DNA of 6,482 nt from Octopus sinensis. Taxonomy: Eukaryota. Under the pieces are notes generated by a model. The model saw only the letters and a program-made list of their open reading frames with translations, was not told the origin of the DNA and did not search any database. A program made the position numbers and the translations under genes. Below, in pieces: positions 6,289-6,482 of the stretch. The stretch spans positions 1 through 6,482 of the forward strand of contig NW_021829351.1 of assembly GCF_006345805.1 (NCBI RefSeq), in the 5' to 3' direction. The number at the start of each line of letters is the position of its first letter. Within the stretch, counting starts at the first letter, position 1.

Positions 6289-6303
6289 GTATGTATGTAT
6301 ATA
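6213..6303. repeat. (TA)n/(TATATG)n/(TATG)n microsatellite
   Basis: Directly visible. Confidence 0.95.
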
Positions 6304-6306
6304 TTG

Positions 6307-6343
6307 TTTGGGTTTTTTCCGACCCCGTAACTTAGCGTTCGGC
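6307..6343 (+). mobile_element. Short relic of the SINE family B central segment
   Basis: CCCCGTAACTTAGCGTTCGGC (6323-6343) equals the reverse complement of 2086-2107 (CCCCGTAACTTAGCGGTTCGGC) minus one G. Confidence 0.6.
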
Positions 6344-6352
6344 CTGTGACCA

Positions 6353-6375
6353 GTTATATATATATTATATATATA

Positions 6376-6452
<77 letters not shown>

Positions 6453-6453
6453 T
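6353..6453. repeat. (TA)n microsatellite
   Basis: About 100 bp of imperfect TA repeat. Confidence 0.97.
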
Positions 6454-6482
6454 ATGCAATTACTTTTTCAGTTATAGGACTG

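Noticed and set aside
633-6453. CRISPR-like or prokaryotic features
   Set aside because: No repeat-spacer architecture. All repeats are microsatellites, minisatellites or SINEs in eukaryotic DNA.

Overview
AT-rich, repeat-dense eukaryotic non-coding DNA. It most resembles an octopus (coleoid cephalopod) intron or intergenic region, judged from recalled SINE families and microsatellite density; no database search was run. No conventional protein-coding gene is supported: the supplied ORFs are read-throughs of microsatellites, SINEs or other non-coding sequence. The window holds three tRNA-derived SINE families (five larger copies or fragments plus one ~37-bp relic), many simple repeats, a higher-order duplication of a GA/GATA array, and a three-copy palindromic AT-rich minisatellite. 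Two signals stand out. (1) A structurally complete type I hammerhead ribozyme on the + strand (5954-6047) with the minimal palindromic stem III typical of Penelope-like elements and retrozymes; a possible decayed hammerhead lies on the - strand (4805-4833). (2) Two candidate 6-nt, frame-preserving microexons on the + strand (1610-1615 and 3109-3114) with near-identical splice contexts (cag|AC...G|gtragaaa).
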